A DNA stretch of 55,712 bases from NCBI GenBank assembly GCA_964537995.1, contig CAZICW010000001.1, positions 1-55,712 of the forward strand. Direction: 5' to 3'. Made by a program: the position numbers and the translations under genes. Under the pieces are notes generated by a model that saw only the letters and a program-made list of their open reading frames with translations, made no database searches and had not been told where the DNA came from. Source of the stretch: an uncultured Oscillospiraceae bacterium. GTDB taxonomy: Bacteria > Bacillota > Clostridia > UMGS1883. Of the stretch, positions 16,878 through 25,906 are shown piece after piece. The first letter of the stretch is position 1; every line of letters begins with the position of its first letter.

Positions 16878-17999
16878 ATGGCTTCCAGATTTCAAATAAC
16901 GATACCTACGCTTTTCGGCACGGAGACCTCCGTCGCATACGAGGCGCGCTCGCTCGGCTACGAAACCGCGGAGGTGGCGGACGGTCGGATTACGCTGTAC
17001 GGTGACTGGGAGGCCGTGGCGCTGTTAAATATAAATCTGCGCTGCGGCGAAAGAGTGCTGATAAAGCTTGCGGAATGTGAAACCGTAACCTTTGAAGAAC
17101 TGTTTCAAGAGTGCGTCAATATTCCGTGGGAGGAATTTATCGGCGAAAATGACGAATTTCCCGTTACGGGCAGCAGCCTTAAATCCGCGCTCCACAGCAT
17201 ACCCGCCTGTCAAAGCATAATAAAAAAAGCCGTCGTGAAACGGCTGTCGATGCGCTACGGACGCGAACATTTTGAGGAAAGCGGCGCGCGGCACATGATA
17301 CGCTTTACAATTATGAAAAATCTGTGCGCAATTTACCTTGACACAAGCGGAAATCCGCTGTATAAACGCGGCTATCGCACGGAGGGCGTTGTCGCGCCCA
17401 TGCGCGAAACACTGGCTTTTTCCATGATTGACGTCAGCCGCTGGCGCGGCGACCGTCCCTTCCTCGATCCTTTTTGCGGCAGCGGAACCATACCTATTGA
17501 GGCGGCGCTCTATGCGCTGAATATTGCTCCGGGAATAAACCGCCGATTTGCCGCCGAGCACTGGGAATGTATGGACAAGAGGTTCTGGGACGACGCTCGC
17601 GAGGAAGCGCGGGAAAACGAAAACCGTTCAGCAGAAACTCATATTTTTGCCTCGGACATCGATCCCGATGCCGTCAGGATCGCCAGGGGCAATGCTCTCA
17701 GAGCGGGAGTGGCGGACAGAATTACATTTTCGGTGTGCGACATGACAAAAGCGCGCGAATTTTCCGAAAAGGGGATTGTCATGTGCAATCCGCCCTACGG
17801 CGAAAGGCTAATGGACAAAAAGAGCTGCGAGGCGCTTTACCGCGCAATGGGGAAAAAATTTGCGCGCTATGCTCAAGCGGCAAAGCTGATTCTTACCTCT
17901 CACGAAGAATTTGAAAAATTTTACGGACGCCGGGCGGATAAGCGGCGAAAGCTGTATAACGGAATGTTGAAATGCTGTCTGTATGAATATTTTAAATAG
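16878..17999 (+). CDS. THUMP-domain class I SAM-dependent RNA methyltransferase (RlmL/YpsC-like)
   Basis: 373 aa. The SAM-binding 'LDPFCGSGTIPIEAA' segment and the catalytic 'NPPYGERL' motif are present, preceded by a THUMP-like N-terminal region. Confidence 0.85.
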   Translation: MASRFQITIPTLFGTETSVAYEARSLGYETAEVADGRITLYGDWEAVALLNINLRCGERVLIKLAECETVTFEELFQECVNIPWEEFIGENDEFPVTGSSLKSALHSIPACQSIIKKAVVKRLSMRYGREHFEESGARHMIRFTIMKNLCAIYLDTSGNPLYKRGYRTEGVVAPMRETLAFSMIDVSRWRGDRPFLDPFCGSGTIPIEAALYALNIAPGINRRFAAEHWECMDKRFWDDAREEARENENRSAETHIFASDIDPDAVRIARGNALRAGVADRITFSVCDMTKAREFSEKGIVMCNPPYGERLMDKKSCEALYRAMGKKFARYAQAAKLILTSHEEFEKFYGRRADKRRKLYNGMLKCCLYEYFK

Positions 18000-18026
18000 A
18001 AGGCCTCTATCCGTCATATTTTCCGT

Positions 18027-18062
18027 AAAAAAGCAGCCGGCATAAATGCCGGCTGTTTTTTA
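18027..18062. terminator. Bidirectional intrinsic terminator (ends the THUMP gene and the nine-gene operon)
   Basis: CAGCCGGC-ATAAAT-GCCGGCTG hairpin flanked by an A-run upstream and a T-run downstream. Confidence 0.8.
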
Positions 18063-18084
18063 TTCGTTTCGTATAAATTCCGTA

Positions 18085-19128
18085 TCAGCCTACCAGACCG
18101 GACTGCTCCATGTTCTCGACAAGTCGTTTTTGTACACAGAAGTACACAATGAGAAGCGGAACAAGGAATATCAGAATTGCGGCCTGTTTAACCGCGTCGA
18201 AAGCGAACGAGGATGCCGCCGGAGCGTCGAACCAAGTTTGCACCGCAGTCACTATGGTATCGGACTGGGTTGACGCGAAGCGCTGCGACAGCTTAACCGC
18301 TACGAACGGTCCGTCCGGATAGAAATATCCGGTATAGTAAGTGTCGCCGTAGTTCCATACAAACGAGAGAATGGAAACCGTCATAATTGTGGGAACGGCG
18401 TTGGGCAAAGCAATCTTGAAATATGTTTTGTAAAAGCCGCAGCCGTCGATGAGAGCTGCTTCTTCCAGTTCCTTGGGAAGGGTCAGGAAGAATTGGCGGA
18501 ACATGAATACGAACATACTCTGCTTCAGTCCAAAGCCGAGAAGCGCCAACAGATACAGCGTTATCGGTTTGTTTATCAAATCCACGGTGCTTCCCGTAAA
18601 CAGGGAGAACAGTCCGAGAATATCAAAATTCTTGAAACGCAGGTACTGAGAAATCAGGAGAGCCTGATCGGGTACGCAGAAGGTTACGATTACAAGCACA
18701 AAGATAAGTGTGCCGCCGGGGATTTTTATTCTGCCCAGAACATAACCTGCCATGGCGCTGACAAACACCTGTATCAAGGCTATGCTTGCCGCATACAGCA
18801 GCGAAAGCAGCATTACCGAGAAATTTCCGTAAACAAGCTTTATCGCCGCCTTAAAGCTGACAATCGAGAAGGTTTTCGGAACCCATACAACGTCGGGATT
18901 ACCCAGTTCCTCAACATCGTTGAAAACATTCGGGAACAGCTTAATTATCGGATAAAGAATCGTGAAGCACATACCGATAATCAAAGACGCCGCAAAAATT
19001 TTGAAAATTAGATTCTGGAAATATCTTGTTCTGTGAAGGGGATCGGTAATGGAATTGTCGTTCCATTTTTCCTTAAACCACGCGCCTATGCCATTACCTT
19101 TCGCCTTTTTCGCATTACTTTGTGCCAT
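18085..19128 (-). CDS. Carbohydrate ABC transporter permease (MalG-like TMD), second pair
   Basis: 347 aa with a GAAGGTGGTGA RBS. The EAA loop is 'EAALIDGCGFYKTYFKIALPNAVP'. It has an unusually long extracytoplasmic loop and C-terminal extension. Its start overlaps the upstream gene by 14 nt. Confidence 0.9.
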   Translation of the reverse strand: MAQSNAKKAKGNGIGAWFKEKWNDNSITDPLHRTRYFQNLIFKIFAASLIIGMCFTILYPIIKLFPNVFNDVEELGNPDVVWVPKTFSIVSFKAAIKLVYGNFSVMLLSLLYAASIALIQVFVSAMAGYVLGRIKIPGGTLIFVLVIVTFCVPDQALLISQYLRFKNFDILGLFSLFTGSTVDLINKPITLYLLALLGFGLKQSMFVFMFRQFFLTLPKELEEAALIDGCGFYKTYFKIALPNAVPTIMTVSILSFVWNYGDTYYTGYFYPDGPFVAVKLSQRFASTQSDTIVTAVQTWFDAPAASSFAFDAVKQAAILIFLVPLLIVYFCVQKRLVENMEQSGLVG

Positions 19129-20056
19129 AATCCAATTTCACCACCTTCGTAAGAATAAAGAGCAGCAGCAGCAGCGCAATAATAACATTGAGCAGGAAGC
19201 ATACCGACAGCGCGCTGCCTATGCCTATCTTATTGCTTGTAAACGCGAACGAGTAGATTTCCTGCGATATGGTTGACGCAAGGAACAGGTCGACCAGCGT
19301 ATACACAAACACGAATATTGTTATGTTTCCAACCATAGGGAAGGTTATCTTCCAGAAGGTTTCGTATGTTGTGCAGCCTTCAATCTTGGCAACCTCGTAA
19401 AGCGAGGGATTGATCGACTGGAGAGCCGCAAGATAGAGCAGCGTCTGCACACCCGCTTTGGAAACTATAGTGAAGATATCACTGATTATGCCAACTATGA
19501 AAGATATAACATTTTGAGGCAGGAAGCTGTTTGTTGTGAACAGGTTCATCAGGAAGCTTGATTCCTCCGTTGCCGTGGTTGTTACGGCTGTAAGGTCACC
19601 GCCTGTGGAAACGGCCGTCATGTCGGTTACAATCGACAGACCGAGAACTATGGGGAGGAAGAAAATTACTCTGACAACTCCGCGCCCCTTATATTTTGCG
19701 TTTACAAGCAACGCGCAGAAGAGGCTGAATACGACAATCAACGGAGTGTTGACAAGAACGCTCGAGTTTTCGTCGGAAAATACGCGGATAAACTGCTGTG
19801 ACTTTGTCGAAACCTCTGTGTTGAAGAGGTCAAAATAGTTGTCCATTCCGACAAATTCCATCTCCATACCGCCGTCATCGCCTACGCTTACTTCATTAAA
19901 GGAGTATATGACGGTGTTTACAAGCGGAATCATGAAGAACAGAAGGAAGCCGATTATCCACGGAATAAGGAAAACATAGCCGTTTATTTTTTGGGTGGTG
20001 GCATATGCAAGAGGCTTCCTTGCCTTCTTAGTCTTGGTTTGGGTTTCTGCTTTCAT
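19115..20056 (-). CDS. Sugar ABC transporter permease (MalF-like TMD), second pair
   Basis: 313 aa. The EAA loop is 'EVAKIEGCTTYETFWKITFPMV'. The ATG overlaps the upstream stop (TGATG). Confidence 0.9.
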   Translation of the reverse strand: MKAETQTKTKKARKPLAYATTQKINGYVFLIPWIIGFLLFFMIPLVNTVIYSFNEVSVGDDGGMEMEFVGMDNYFDLFNTEVSTKSQQFIRVFSDENSSVLVNTPLIVVFSLFCALLVNAKYKGRGVVRVIFFLPIVLGLSIVTDMTAVSTGGDLTAVTTTATEESSFLMNLFTTNSFLPQNVISFIVGIISDIFTIVSKAGVQTLLYLAALQSINPSLYEVAKIEGCTTYETFWKITFPMVGNITIFVFVYTLVDLFLASTISQEIYSFAFTSNKIGIGSALSVCFLLNVIIALLLLLFILTKVVKLDYGTK

Positions 20057-22893
20057 CAGTTATCCCCTCCTTCTATCACAAGATAGTCCTCCGCGGCAAT
20101 TACGCCGTATTCGGTTTCTACCGGTGTGGTGTTATAGTTTGTGATTACTTTTACGCCCGTATCATAGGTCGTTTCATATACCTTATTGTCCAGAACGCTG
20201 TGGGACTTAATCTTCGTTGTGCCGATCTTCTCAAATTCTGCCTTTATTGTTGCGTACTGCTCTTTGATTTGGTCGGCGAAGATGCTGTATTCGGTTGCGA
20301 AAAGCTCGTTATAGTTCGCTTCCTTGAGTCTGTCAACGCTCTTATAGGTTATGGTATATTTGGGGAAGGAGGCAAGCTCCAATGCTTGAAGCGTGAAGTA
20401 AGCATTATCCGACGAAGAGGTGTTCACGCTGAGAGTTGTATAATCCGTAAGACCGTTAAGCACGAGCTGACGGAAGGGAACATTTTCGCGGATAAGACCG
20501 TAGTCGCTGCTTTCGCGAGAAATGTCGGCGCTTACCGCGGCATACTTAACTCTGTTCGCATTGGGATTGTAAAGGACAAGGCTTCTGCCGTCGGCAAGAG
20601 TTTCCAGAGCTGACTGAATCATAATCTCGCTCTCGTAGGGATTCCATTCATCACTGTCGCTGAGGTTCTCATAGACAAGATTTCCGAGATCTCCTATTGC
20701 CAGATTCTTATAGGTCTTGGCGCTCTCGCTGAATTTGTTAACAACATTCAGCAAATATTTGGGCGCCACCGTGTAAAAGCCCTTGCCGGTTTCATCAAAT
20801 TCGCCTGTGGGAATATTGTATTTATAGGTTTCAAGCGGGTCGCCGTTAAAGGTTATAAGCGCGTGCTTTTTCGGAGCAAAAGCGGCGGTGTCCTTATAAA
20901 CCTCGCTGGGATTAACCGAAAGGTAGAGCGAATCCCACTTGTCGCTGAGAAGCTTATCAAGAGCGGATTTGCTGCCGTTCTTGCCGACAAGCTTGGCGGA
21001 GGTGTTTATTTTATTGTAAATTCCTCCGTTAAACACGCCGCTGTAGCTTACAACCGTATCGACGTCCTTGAGATCGTCATATATTTCCGCAAGCTCGTCA
21101 TAGGTTGTCATGGAAACGGTTTTATCGTAGGGGATACCCATTACGCGGGCGTCAATCGTAAGCGCGCCTATTACATCAAGGAACATCTTCGGAGTTTCCT
21201 CAAAGGATTCCGTGAGATTGTATTCGGAGATGAGGTAATCTCTGTAGGACTGGCTCATTGTGTAATAATTCGCGTTGTCCACATAGAGTTTATAGCGCAC
21301 GCGGCAATCAAAGTCGTAGGGATTGGTTGTGGCGGTGAACTTCGCGTCACTGTCGCTGTAGGGGCCGAATACCTTAACATTGCTCACCTGCATAATATCG
21401 AAGGATGGATAAACCTTGTTGTAGGGAGCGTCGGCGTCGCTGTTTTCATCGGCGGCAAGTCTTACATTGATTGTCGCCGTCGTGTCGCCGCTTTCAATTA
21501 TGCCCATGAATCCGTTGTAAGCCGGCGTTTCCTCCGCTTCTTCCTCCGCAGTTTCGCCTTCATCGATAATTTCGGCGGCTTCTTCCTCTTCGGATTCTTC
21601 CGCTTGCGCAGTTTCATCCGAAGCTTCTTCGGCTTCCTCCGCTTCCGCGGCTTCTTCCTCCGCTTCTTCGGCTGTTTCTTCGCCTTCTTCAGCGGCTTCC
21701 GCTTCTTCCTCTTCTTCCTCTTCGGCAGACTTGAAGCTGCGGTCAGCCATACTGCCCATACCGAATACGGGCATTGTTATATTTTCGCGGAACTCGCTCT
21801 GATTATAAACCGTGTCGTAATAGGTGTTGTCGTATACGGCTCGGGAATACTCGGTGTAGCCGCTGTCATAGCTGTTGATGTCGAACAGCGCGCCGCTGCC
21901 GTCGGGAACGAATATGAAACCGTCGTCGGTTTCTTCCGCAAGCACCATTCCGAAATTCGGAAGCACTTCGATAGCCTTAATTGTAAAGTCCGCGTTTCCG
22001 GTCACGATTTCCGAAGTCGGTACGTTCACAACCAGATCGCCGTTATCAAGCGTAAAATCGGCGAAAACCGTGAAATCGGCGTCTTCGGTCACCGTAAAGG
22101 TAAAGCCGTATTCGGCACTGTCCTCACGAATAAGGTCTACATTGTATCCCACATTTTTGCTGAGGGAAATAAGTATGTTCGTCGCCGATACGGGCGGTGT
22201 GCCGGAATATTTGTTGTAATAATACTCGCCGTCGTCGGAGATTGCGTAAATCATGCCGAGAGCCTTGTCATACTGCTCCTTGGTTTCTTCGTCAATCTTT
22301 CCCGATTTAAGCAGCTCGTCAACCTTATCGACAAAGTATTCGTTATACTTTTCGGCGCTGACCTGCTTGGGCATATATTCCTCAAGGTTTGTGGAGGCTT
22401 CGCTTGTAAAGTGCATTTCCGCGCGGAAGCCGTTTTCGATTCTGGCAAGGCTGTAGCCGCGCGCCTCATCCTCTTCTTCATCTTCATCGCCGCTGTCGGC
22501 AACGCAGTAATCGTAGCCGCTCCATGTTGTCTCGGCTCCGGCGCTGTCGATGTAAGTTATTGACAAGGGGCCGGAAGCGGTGGAATCGGATTCTCCGGTG
22601 CTGCTCTGCGACTTCCAGTAGGTTTGAGTCGCCGTATCAACCACGGTTATATCCAAAGTCGAAGGATTTACATAAAGCTCCTTCCCGCCGTTTTCGGCAA
22701 CAAGCAAATCTTTGTCCGAAGTGACGTCAATTGCGCTTTTTTCGGCCGCCAATGCGCTCACTTCAACGACGGGACGGTCGGACGCCTTCATTCCAAGCTG
22801 AGGCAGCCATGATATGAAAGCAACGACCAAGCATACAACCACAATAACACACAGGATTTTCATCAGGCTAAGCTTGCTTAAAAAATTTTTCAT
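20056..22893 (-). CDS. Large N-terminally membrane-anchored exoprotein of unknown function (possibly the family annotated as DUF5696) with an internal poly-Glu/Ala tract
   Basis: 945 aa counted from ATG 22893, which has an AAAAGGTGG RBS. The ORF-track GTG is at 22905. The N-terminal anchor is 'ILCVIVVVCLVVAFISW'. I can see no catalytic motif. The DUF5696 guess rests only on size, topology and the Yip1/ABC neighbourhood. Confidence 0.75.
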   Translation of the reverse strand: MKNFLSKLSLMKILCVIVVVCLVVAFISWLPQLGMKASDRPVVEVSALAAEKSAIDVTSDKDLLVAENGGKELYVNPSTLDITVVDTATQTYWKSQSSTGESDSTASGPLSITYIDSAGAETTWSGYDYCVADSGDEDEEEDEARGYSLARIENGFRAEMHFTSEASTNLEEYMPKQVSAEKYNEYFVDKVDELLKSGKIDEETKEQYDKALGMIYAISDDGEYYYNKYSGTPPVSATNILISLSKNVGYNVDLIREDSAEYGFTFTVTEDADFTVFADFTLDNGDLVVNVPTSEIVTGNADFTIKAIEVLPNFGMVLAEETDDGFIFVPDGSGALFDINSYDSGYTEYSRAVYDNTYYDTVYNQSEFRENITMPVFGMGSMADRSFKSAEEEEEEEAEAAEEGEETAEEAEEEAAEAEEAEEASDETAQAEESEEEEAAEIIDEGETAEEEAEETPAYNGFMGIIESGDTTATINVRLAADENSDADAPYNKVYPSFDIMQVSNVKVFGPYSDSDAKFTATTNPYDFDCRVRYKLYVDNANYYTMSQSYRDYLISEYNLTESFEETPKMFLDVIGALTIDARVMGIPYDKTVSMTTYDELAEIYDDLKDVDTVVSYSGVFNGGIYNKINTSAKLVGKNGSKSALDKLLSDKWDSLYLSVNPSEVYKDTAAFAPKKHALITFNGDPLETYKYNIPTGEFDETGKGFYTVAPKYLLNVVNKFSESAKTYKNLAIGDLGNLVYENLSDSDEWNPYESEIMIQSALETLADGRSLVLYNPNANRVKYAAVSADISRESSDYGLIRENVPFRQLVLNGLTDYTTLSVNTSSSDNAYFTLQALELASFPKYTITYKSVDRLKEANYNELFATEYSIFADQIKEQYATIKAEFEKIGTTKIKSHSVLDNKVYETTYDTGVKVITNYNTTPVETEYGVIAAEDYLVIEGGDN
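21526..21729 (-). repeat. Low-complexity acidic (Glu/Ala-rich) coding tract inside the exoprotein
   Basis: About 68 codons read 'AEEEEEEEAEAAEEGEETAEEAEEEAAEAEEAEEASDETAQAEESEEEEAAEIIDEGETAEEEAEET'. The plus strand shows reiterated CTTCTTCCTC/GGCTTC units. Confidence 0.85.
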
Positions 22894-22898
22894 ATCAA

Positions 22899-23528
22899 TC
22901 ACCACCTTTTCATAAATTCGGTTCCGAAGGTATAAATGAAGGAAATAACCTTCTGGATAAGCGTAATATAGAGAATCGCAAGGAATATGATTATAATCGC
23001 CGCAATAAAGGTTGCTATAATCATAACTACGTTTGTGGCGGCTGTGTATTCATGCGCCACGCACAGACCGCAGAATACGAGGAAGGCAAAGTATACCATT
23101 CCGATGCCCGACACTGCCGTAAGGATTATTGATTCGTCAAGCGTAACAACATTGCTGAAAATAACAACGATTAAATCCAGCACCAGCTTCGGGAAAAGCG
23201 AGTATGTAACAACAACGAAAATGTCCTTGAATTTGCCGCTGCCTTCAAAAATTGCCGTTACGCTCCAGTTGCTGATGCAAAACAGAAGGAAGGGGAAAAT
23301 TCCGAAAATGAAGGTTGTCAGGCTGTTCATCGCGAACTGCGGGTTGTTGTTCATAATAAAGCCGGTATACTGATACTTGACAATTGCCAAAAGTCCGTAA
23401 AGAATAAGAATTATCGCTCCGAGAGTTACATTTTCTTTACCTCTGAATCGCACCTCATAGAAGCCATCAAACGGGTGGGTAATGACGTGCATCAGATATT
23501 TAAAATCTTCCAATAACTTTTTCATCAT
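22899..23528 (-). CDS. Yip1-family polytopic membrane protein
   Basis: About 209 aa starting at ATG 23528 or 23525 after a GAGGTGA RBS. There are five hydrophobic helices. The N-terminus 'YLMHVITHPFDGFYEVRF' resembles bacterial Yip1-domain proteins. Confidence 0.75.
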   Translation of the reverse strand: MMKKLLEDFKYLMHVITHPFDGFYEVRFRGKENVTLGAIILILYGLLAIVKYQYTGFIMNNNPQFAMNSLTTFIFGIFPFLLFCISNWSVTAIFEGSGKFKDIFVVVTYSLFPKLVLDLIVVIFSNVVTLDESIILTAVSGIGMVYFAFLVFCGLCVAHEYTAATNVVMIIATFIAAIIIIFLAILYITLIQKVISFIYTFGTEFMKRW

Positions 23529-23538
23529 TCTCACCTCA

Positions 23539-24999
23539 TTATAATTCTTCTAATTTCTTCTGCTGCCTTGAATACTTGACCTCTGTCCAGATTACCCATA
23601 CGACAAAGGCAAGGAATACAATTCCGAATATGGCGAAATACTTTTGAATTATAAGGTTGCGATATCCGGCAAACGCCTTGGAGTAATAGGTTTTATCATT
23701 GCCGAGCTTGAAGTAGTACATCGCCTTTTCATATTCGTCCTGCATATAATAGTTCTTGCCGATTGAAACATAGGCGTGGTCATAGTTGGCATTCATCTGA
23801 ACAACCTTTTCATTCAATTCGGCAGCGGCATTGAAGTCACCGTTGAAGTATTTTTCCTCAGCCGTAAGCACGAGTGTGCCAAAGTCGGTCGGAGTAAATA
23901 CAAACGCGCTCGCAAGCTTGCTGTCGCCGATGATAAGATCGTTGCCGTTCCAGCAGATTGACGTAGGAGTGTTGAAGGTTCCCTTGATGTCGCCCTCTCC
24001 GCCGAACACCGTCAGAAGGTTTCCGTCAAAATTATACAGGAAAACTCTGTTGCTCGAGGTATCGAGAAGGGCATATACGCCGTAATCGGAAACCGCTATG
24101 TCGGTAAAGGTACTCTTTGAGGTGTCACCCGTTGCCATCGGCAAATCACCGAGCTGTTCGCTGTAGCCGTATTTACGAAGAACATTTTCGCCCTTGGCGT
24201 TGAAACGGAAAGCCATTTCCTCAGAGGCCGTATCGGTTGTTACGGCATATACGAAGCCGTCGGAGTCGGTCTGTACGTTTACAAACGCGGGAGCGTAGGT
24301 TTTGCTCATTTTTGCCTTTTGCTCATCGGAGGCTATTGATTTCCAAAAATAATCAATGAAGCTTACCGTGGGCGAGTTTACGCCGAAGTAACGCGAGAAG
24401 CTACCGTCCTTGTTAAGCTCGATTATACCCTCGGTGCTGCTCTTTACGACAACGAAGATACGTCCGGCATTGTCCACCGCCAGCTTTGACGGAACAAAAT
24501 CGGTTGAGCCGACCATGTTGTCAGGCTTGTCGATCTGCATTTCCATAGCGAATGTTTCGGGATTGAGCAAGAAAATTCTCTTGTTTCCCGTGTCGGCTAT
24601 ATAAAGGTAATCGTCGTTGGCGTAAACTCCCTCGGGAGCGTTGAGAATTGCCTGCTTGTTGTCGCTGTCAACGACAATTTTGCCGTCGGCGTCACGAATG
24701 ATTTTGATTTCGCGAACAAGATTGTAATCCTTGTCAAGAACAAATACCTCGTTTGCAACGGAGTCCGCAATGTAAATGCGGTCGCCGTAAACATAAACAT
24801 CGTCAACGCTTTTTATAACCGCGCCGTCAACGCTGTCGGTTGAAAGAACCGTGGAAAGCTCGAAAGCGTTAAGACTCTCGTTGGCGCTTCCCCAATAATC
24901 GTAAATATAGCTGCTGTCGTCCGTATGCTCGGCATAAGCGGTTACAAATGTGAAGCATAAAAGGACAAGCACGCAAAGGCTCAATATTCTTTTTGTCAT
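23539..24999 (-). CDS. Secreted NHL-repeat beta-propeller protein with C-terminal TPR-like segment and C-terminal TM anchor
   Basis: 486 aa counted from ATG 24999, which has an AAGGGGGG RBS. The signal peptide is 'ILSLCVLVLLCFTFVTAYA'. NHL-like blades include 'IYIADSVANEVFVLD', 'LYIADTGNKRIFLLN', 'VDNAGRIFVV' and 'LDTSSNRVFLYNFDG'. A TPR-like 'YEKAMYYFKLGND' segment is present. The TM helix is encoded at 23587-23640. Confidence 0.8.
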   Translation of the reverse strand: MTKRILSLCVLVLLCFTFVTAYAEHTDDSSYIYDYWGSANESLNAFELSTVLSTDSVDGAVIKSVDDVYVYGDRIYIADSVANEVFVLDKDYNLVREIKIIRDADGKIVVDSDNKQAILNAPEGVYANDDYLYIADTGNKRIFLLNPETFAMEMQIDKPDNMVGSTDFVPSKLAVDNAGRIFVVVKSSTEGIIELNKDGSFSRYFGVNSPTVSFIDYFWKSIASDEQKAKMSKTYAPAFVNVQTDSDGFVYAVTTDTASEEMAFRFNAKGENVLRKYGYSEQLGDLPMATGDTSKSTFTDIAVSDYGVYALLDTSSNRVFLYNFDGNLLTVFGGEGDIKGTFNTPTSICWNGNDLIIGDSKLASAFVFTPTDFGTLVLTAEEKYFNGDFNAAAELNEKVVQMNANYDHAYVSIGKNYYMQDEYEKAMYYFKLGNDKTYYSKAFAGYRNLIIQKYFAIFGIVFLAFVVWVIWTEVKYSRQQKKLEEL

Positions 25000-25012
25000 C
25001 ACTTGCACCCCC

Positions 25013-25903
25013 TTATTCCTTCATGCCCGAGCTTGCCATCGTTTCGATAACGTTGCTCTGTGAGAACACGAATACCGCGATGGGTACAACGAGCATAATC
25101 AAGTTTACCGCCGACGATACGCCGGTTCTTACGATACCGGAGCTTACAATCTGGCTGAGCGCGTATGTTACGGGCTTTAGCTTTTCGGTATAAATGAAGT
25201 TTCCGCCCGAAGCTCCCCAAAGGGACTGGAATGACATGATTATCGCGGTTATCCATGCCGGCTTGCTCAGCGGCATTACAACCTTCCAGTAAATCCCAAA
25301 TTCGCTCGCGCCGTCAATTCTTGCGGATTCAAGAAGCGACATCGGTATGTGTACCATGTTGTTTTTCATGAGGTAAAGGCACAGCGTCGAGCCTATCGCC
25401 GGAAGAACAACCGCCCAGTAGGTATCGACAAGACCGATCTTGCTCATGATGATATAGTTGGGAATAGCCGTTACGGTACTGTTGAACATCAGGGAGTATG
25501 TAATGAGACTGCTCATCGCCCTGCTGCCCGGGAAGGTGTATTTGGCAAGCGGATACGCCGCCATACTGCCGAGGACAACCGTTCCCGCCGTACCGAGGAA
25601 TGTTATGAAGAATGTGTTAAAAATGTAGCGGCTGAAGGGAACCCAGCTGTTGCCGACAATCTGGAACAAATCACGGAAGTTGTCGAGCGTCGGGTTTACA
25701 ACATAAAACTTCGGTGGGAAAAGGAAAACCTCATTCAAGGGCTTAAAGGCGTTCACAATAATCAACCAAAGGGGAAGAATTGAGAACAGACCGAAAGCAC
25801 CAAGGAAAACCGTAAGCGCGATGTCCACACCGAGAGAACGGTTGCGGCGAGTAATTTTGCGGTGGTCAAGATAGCCTTTAAACTTTTTAATGGGATTAAA
25901 CAT
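25013..25903 (-). CDS. Carbohydrate ABC transporter permease (MalG-like TMD), first pair
   Basis: 296 aa. The EAA loop is 'ESARIDGASEFGIYWKVVMPLSKP'. There is a 3-nt gap to the upstream gene. Confidence 0.9.
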   Translation of the reverse strand: MFNPIKKFKGYLDHRKITRRNRSLGVDIALTVFLGAFGLFSILPLWLIIVNAFKPLNEVFLFPPKFYVVNPTLDNFRDLFQIVGNSWVPFSRYIFNTFFITFLGTAGTVVLGSMAAYPLAKYTFPGSRAMSSLITYSLMFNSTVTAIPNYIIMSKIGLVDTYWAVVLPAIGSTLCLYLMKNNMVHIPMSLLESARIDGASEFGIYWKVVMPLSKPAWITAIIMSFQSLWGASGGNFIYTEKLKPVTYALSQIVSSGIVRTGVSSAVNLIMLVVPIAVFVFSQSNVIETMASSGMKE

Positions 25904-25906
25904 AAA

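Noticed and set aside
21526-21729. Short reiterated CTTCTTCCTC/GGCTTC DNA units considered as a CRISPR array or non-coding tandem repeat
   Set aside because: The units are irregular and lie in frame inside a long ORF, where they encode a Glu/Ala tract. There is no repeat-spacer periodicity and there are no cas genes.
20863-22563. 566-aa plus-strand ORF
   Set aside because: It is antisense to the exoprotein gene. It includes the mirror image of the Glu/Ala tract, read as 'FFLRFF...'. It has no RBS or start context, while the sense-strand gene is translationally coupled to its neighbours.
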